Source of the DNA: Candidatus Methylomirabilia bacterium
Lineage (GTDB): Bacteria; Methylomirabilota; Methylomirabilia; Rokubacteriales; CSP1-6
NCBI GenBank assembly: GCA_041497895.1
Contig: JBGQHJ010000058.1
Span: 1 to 27,441, forward strand
DNA: 27,441 nt
Direction of reading: 5' to 3'
The notes below the pieces were generated by a model that searched no databases, was not told where the DNA came from, and worked only from the letters and a program-made list of their open reading frames with translations. Positions 24,843-27,441 of this stretch are shown here, piece by piece. Numbering within the stretch: position 1 is the stretch's first letter; the number at the start of each line of letters is the position of its first letter. A program made the position numbers and the translations under genes.

Positions 24843-25822
24843 AGCGTCTCGCGCTGGCCGTCGCGATCGTCGGCCTGGCGGCGCTGCCGGTCTGGGCCGG
24901 CGGGACCTTCTACGTCAACATCGCGAGCCAGATCCTCCTCTACGCGGTCTTCGCGCTCGGCATCAACATCCTGGTGGGCTACGCGGGCCTCGTGAGCCTG
25001 GGCCACGCCGGGCTCCTCGGCATCGCGGCCTACGGGGCGGGCCAGATCCTGAACGCCGGCCACGGCCACGTCGCGGCGGTGACGGGCGCGCTCGCGCTCA
25101 CGCTGGCGGCCGCCGCCCTCTTCGGGGTCCTCTCCCTGCGCGGCACCGGGATCGGCTTCGTGATGATCACGGTGGCCATCGGCCAGATCGTGTGGGGCGT
25201 GGCGTATCGCTGGATCAGCATCACGAACGGGGACAACGGGGTCGCGGTGACCTCGCGGCCGAGCCCGCTCGGCGTGTCGCTGGCCTCGCCGAGCCACTTC
25301 TACTGGGCGACCCTCGTGGTGTTCCTTGCCGCGCTCGGCTCGATGGCGATGCTCGCCGCCTCTCCCTTCGGCGCGAGCATCCGGGGCACGCGCGACCAGC
25401 CGCGGCGCATGGCCGCGCTCGGCTACCACGTCTGGATGATCCGGTTCCTCGCGTTCCTCCTCTCCGGCTTCTGGAGCGGCGTGGCCGGGCTGCTCTTCCT
25501 CTACTACAACCAGTTCGTGAGCCCGCAGGCGGTCGCGCTCGGCGCCTCGGCCGAGGCGCTCCTGATGGTCATCTCCGGCGGGAGCGGGACCCTGCTGGGC
25601 CCGGTGGTCGGCGCGGCCCTGGTGGTGGTCATGAAGAACGTGGCGAGCGCGTACGTCGAGCGCTGGAACTTCGTGCTCGGCGCCATCTTCGTGGCGATCG
25701 TGCTCTTCATGCCGGAGGGCCTGGTGCCCGGCGCGGCGCGGCTGTGGCGGCGGGTGACGGCCCGGGGCGCGACGCGGCCGGTGGCGGCGGTGGCCACGCG
25801 GGGCGGAGGGCCGGCCCGGTGA
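24839..25822 (+). CDS. Branched-chain amino acid ABC permease (LivM-like)
   Basis: GTG start overlapping the upstream TGA. GYAGLVSLGHA, TNGDNG, SPFG...RD, GGSGTLLGPVVGA, MPEGL. Confidence 0.92.
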   Translation: MKRLALAVAIVGLAALPVWAGGTFYVNIASQILLYAVFALGINILVGYAGLVSLGHAGLLGIAAYGAGQILNAGHGHVAAVTGALALTLAAAALFGVLSLRGTGIGFVMITVAIGQIVWGVAYRWISITNGDNGVAVTSRPSPLGVSLASPSHFYWATLVVFLAALGSMAMLAASPFGASIRGTRDQPRRMAALGYHVWMIRFLAFLLSGFWSGVAGLLFLYYNQFVSPQAVALGASAEALLMVISGGSGTLLGPVVGAALVVVMKNVASAYVERWNFVLGAIFVAIVLFMPEGLVPGAARLWRRVTARGATRPVAAVATRGGGPAR

Positions 25823-26557
25823 TCGGCCCGTCGACCGCGCTGGCCGTACAGCACCTGACGAAGTCCTTCGGCGGATTGCTGGTCACCGCCTCGGTGGATC
25901 TCACGGTGGAGGCGGGAGAGCGACGTCTGATCATTGGCCCGAACGGCGCCGGAAAGACGACGCTCTTCAACCTCATCACCGGCGAGCTCCGGCCCGACCG
26001 AGGCGCCGTCACCCTCTTCGGCCGCGACATCACCCGGACTCCGGGCTGGCGGCGTGCCCATCTGGGGATCTCCCGCACCTACCAGATCATCACACTGTTT
26101 CCGCGCGAGACCCTGTTGCGTAACGTGGTGCTCTCGCTGCTCGGCCGTTCGGGCACCCGCTGGAACCCGGTCGCTCGGCTGGATCGACAGGCGGCGCTGG
26201 TCGGCCGGGCGCGCGAGGCGCTGGCCCGCGTCGGGCTCGAGCACCTCGCGGAGCGACCCCTCGCCCAGACGTCCTACGGGGAGCGACGACGCGTGGAGAT
26301 CACCATGGCCCTGGCCCAGGATCCCAAGGTCTTGCTGCTGGACGAGCCCTTCGCCGGGCTCTCGATCGAGGAGCGGCGCGACGTGCTCCGCCTGGTTACC
26401 GGCATACCCCGTGACGTCACGACCGTGATGATCGAGCACGACATGGACGTGGCGCTCGACTTCGCGGAGCGGATCACGGTGCTGCACTTCGGCCAGGTGG
26501 TGGTCGAAGGCACGCGCAGCGAGGTGGTGGCGCACCCCCGGACCCGGGAGATCTACC

Positions 26558-26568
<11 letters not shown>
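25819..26568 (+). CDS. ABC ATP-binding protein (LivG-like)
   Basis: KSFGGL, Walker A GPNGAGKTT, SYGERRR, LLLDEP, IEHDM, YLG. GTGA overlap with the upstream gene. Confidence 0.93.
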
Positions 26569-27277
<709 letters not shown>

Positions 27278-27285
27278 GGGCGCCC

Positions 27286-27441
27286 ATGGCGGCCGTGACC
27301 GAGCGTCTCGACGTGGGCGGCGTCGCCCTCGACGTCCTGCGGCGCGGGGCGGGGGCCCCGCTGCTCGTGCTGCACGGCGAGGCGCCGCTCGATCCCGGCG
27401 CGCCGGTGATCGACCTGCTCGCCGCCCACGCCCAGGTGATC
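27286..27441 (+). CDS. Alpha/beta fold hydrolase, N-terminal part (runs off window)
   Basis: MAAVTERLDVGGVALDVLRRGAGAPLLVLHGEAPLDPGAPVIDLLAAHAQVI; the G-x-G-x-P-L-L-x-L-H-G motif. Starts 8 nt after the livF-like stop. Confidence 0.75.
   Translation, partial: MAAVTERLDVGGVALDVLRRGAGAPLLVLHGEAPLDPGAPVIDLLAAHAQVI

Overview
High-GC, gene-dense bacterial chromosomal window. The gene style (many ABC transporters, amidohydrolases, an LLM oxidoreductase, a zinc-ribbon cyclase-type N-terminus) resembles soil lineages such as Candidatus Rokubacteria; this is inference only. Layout: (1) 1-935, a divergent promoter region with a perfect 7-2-7 palindrome, a probable collapsed zinc-ribbon gene remnant, and three tiny ORFs (two Cys-rich, one lmo0937-like membrane peptide). 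(2) 954-12065, a minus-strand catabolic cluster: Xaa-Pro-dipeptidase-like amidohydrolase, HutI paralog with a rewired active site, Dpp/Opp-type SBP plus two permeases (no ATPase), TRZ/ATZ-type amidohydrolase, M20 hydrolase, LLM oxidoreductase, a translationally coupled orphan HicA-like ORF, and an Ldh_2 dehydrogenase. (3) 12134-19062, addBA helicase-nuclease followed by two small genes. (4) DUF1614, DedA and VOC genes. (5) 20996-27441, a plus-strand ACMSD-like amidohydrolase, VOC, Liv-type ABC system and a partial alpha/beta hydrolase. No rRNA, tRNA, CRISPR array or mobile element was seen. The best novelty candidate is cluster 2, where three metallohydrolases each carry non-canonical catalytic residues and a HicA-like ORF has no antitoxin. 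All family calls come from motif recognition, not database searches.
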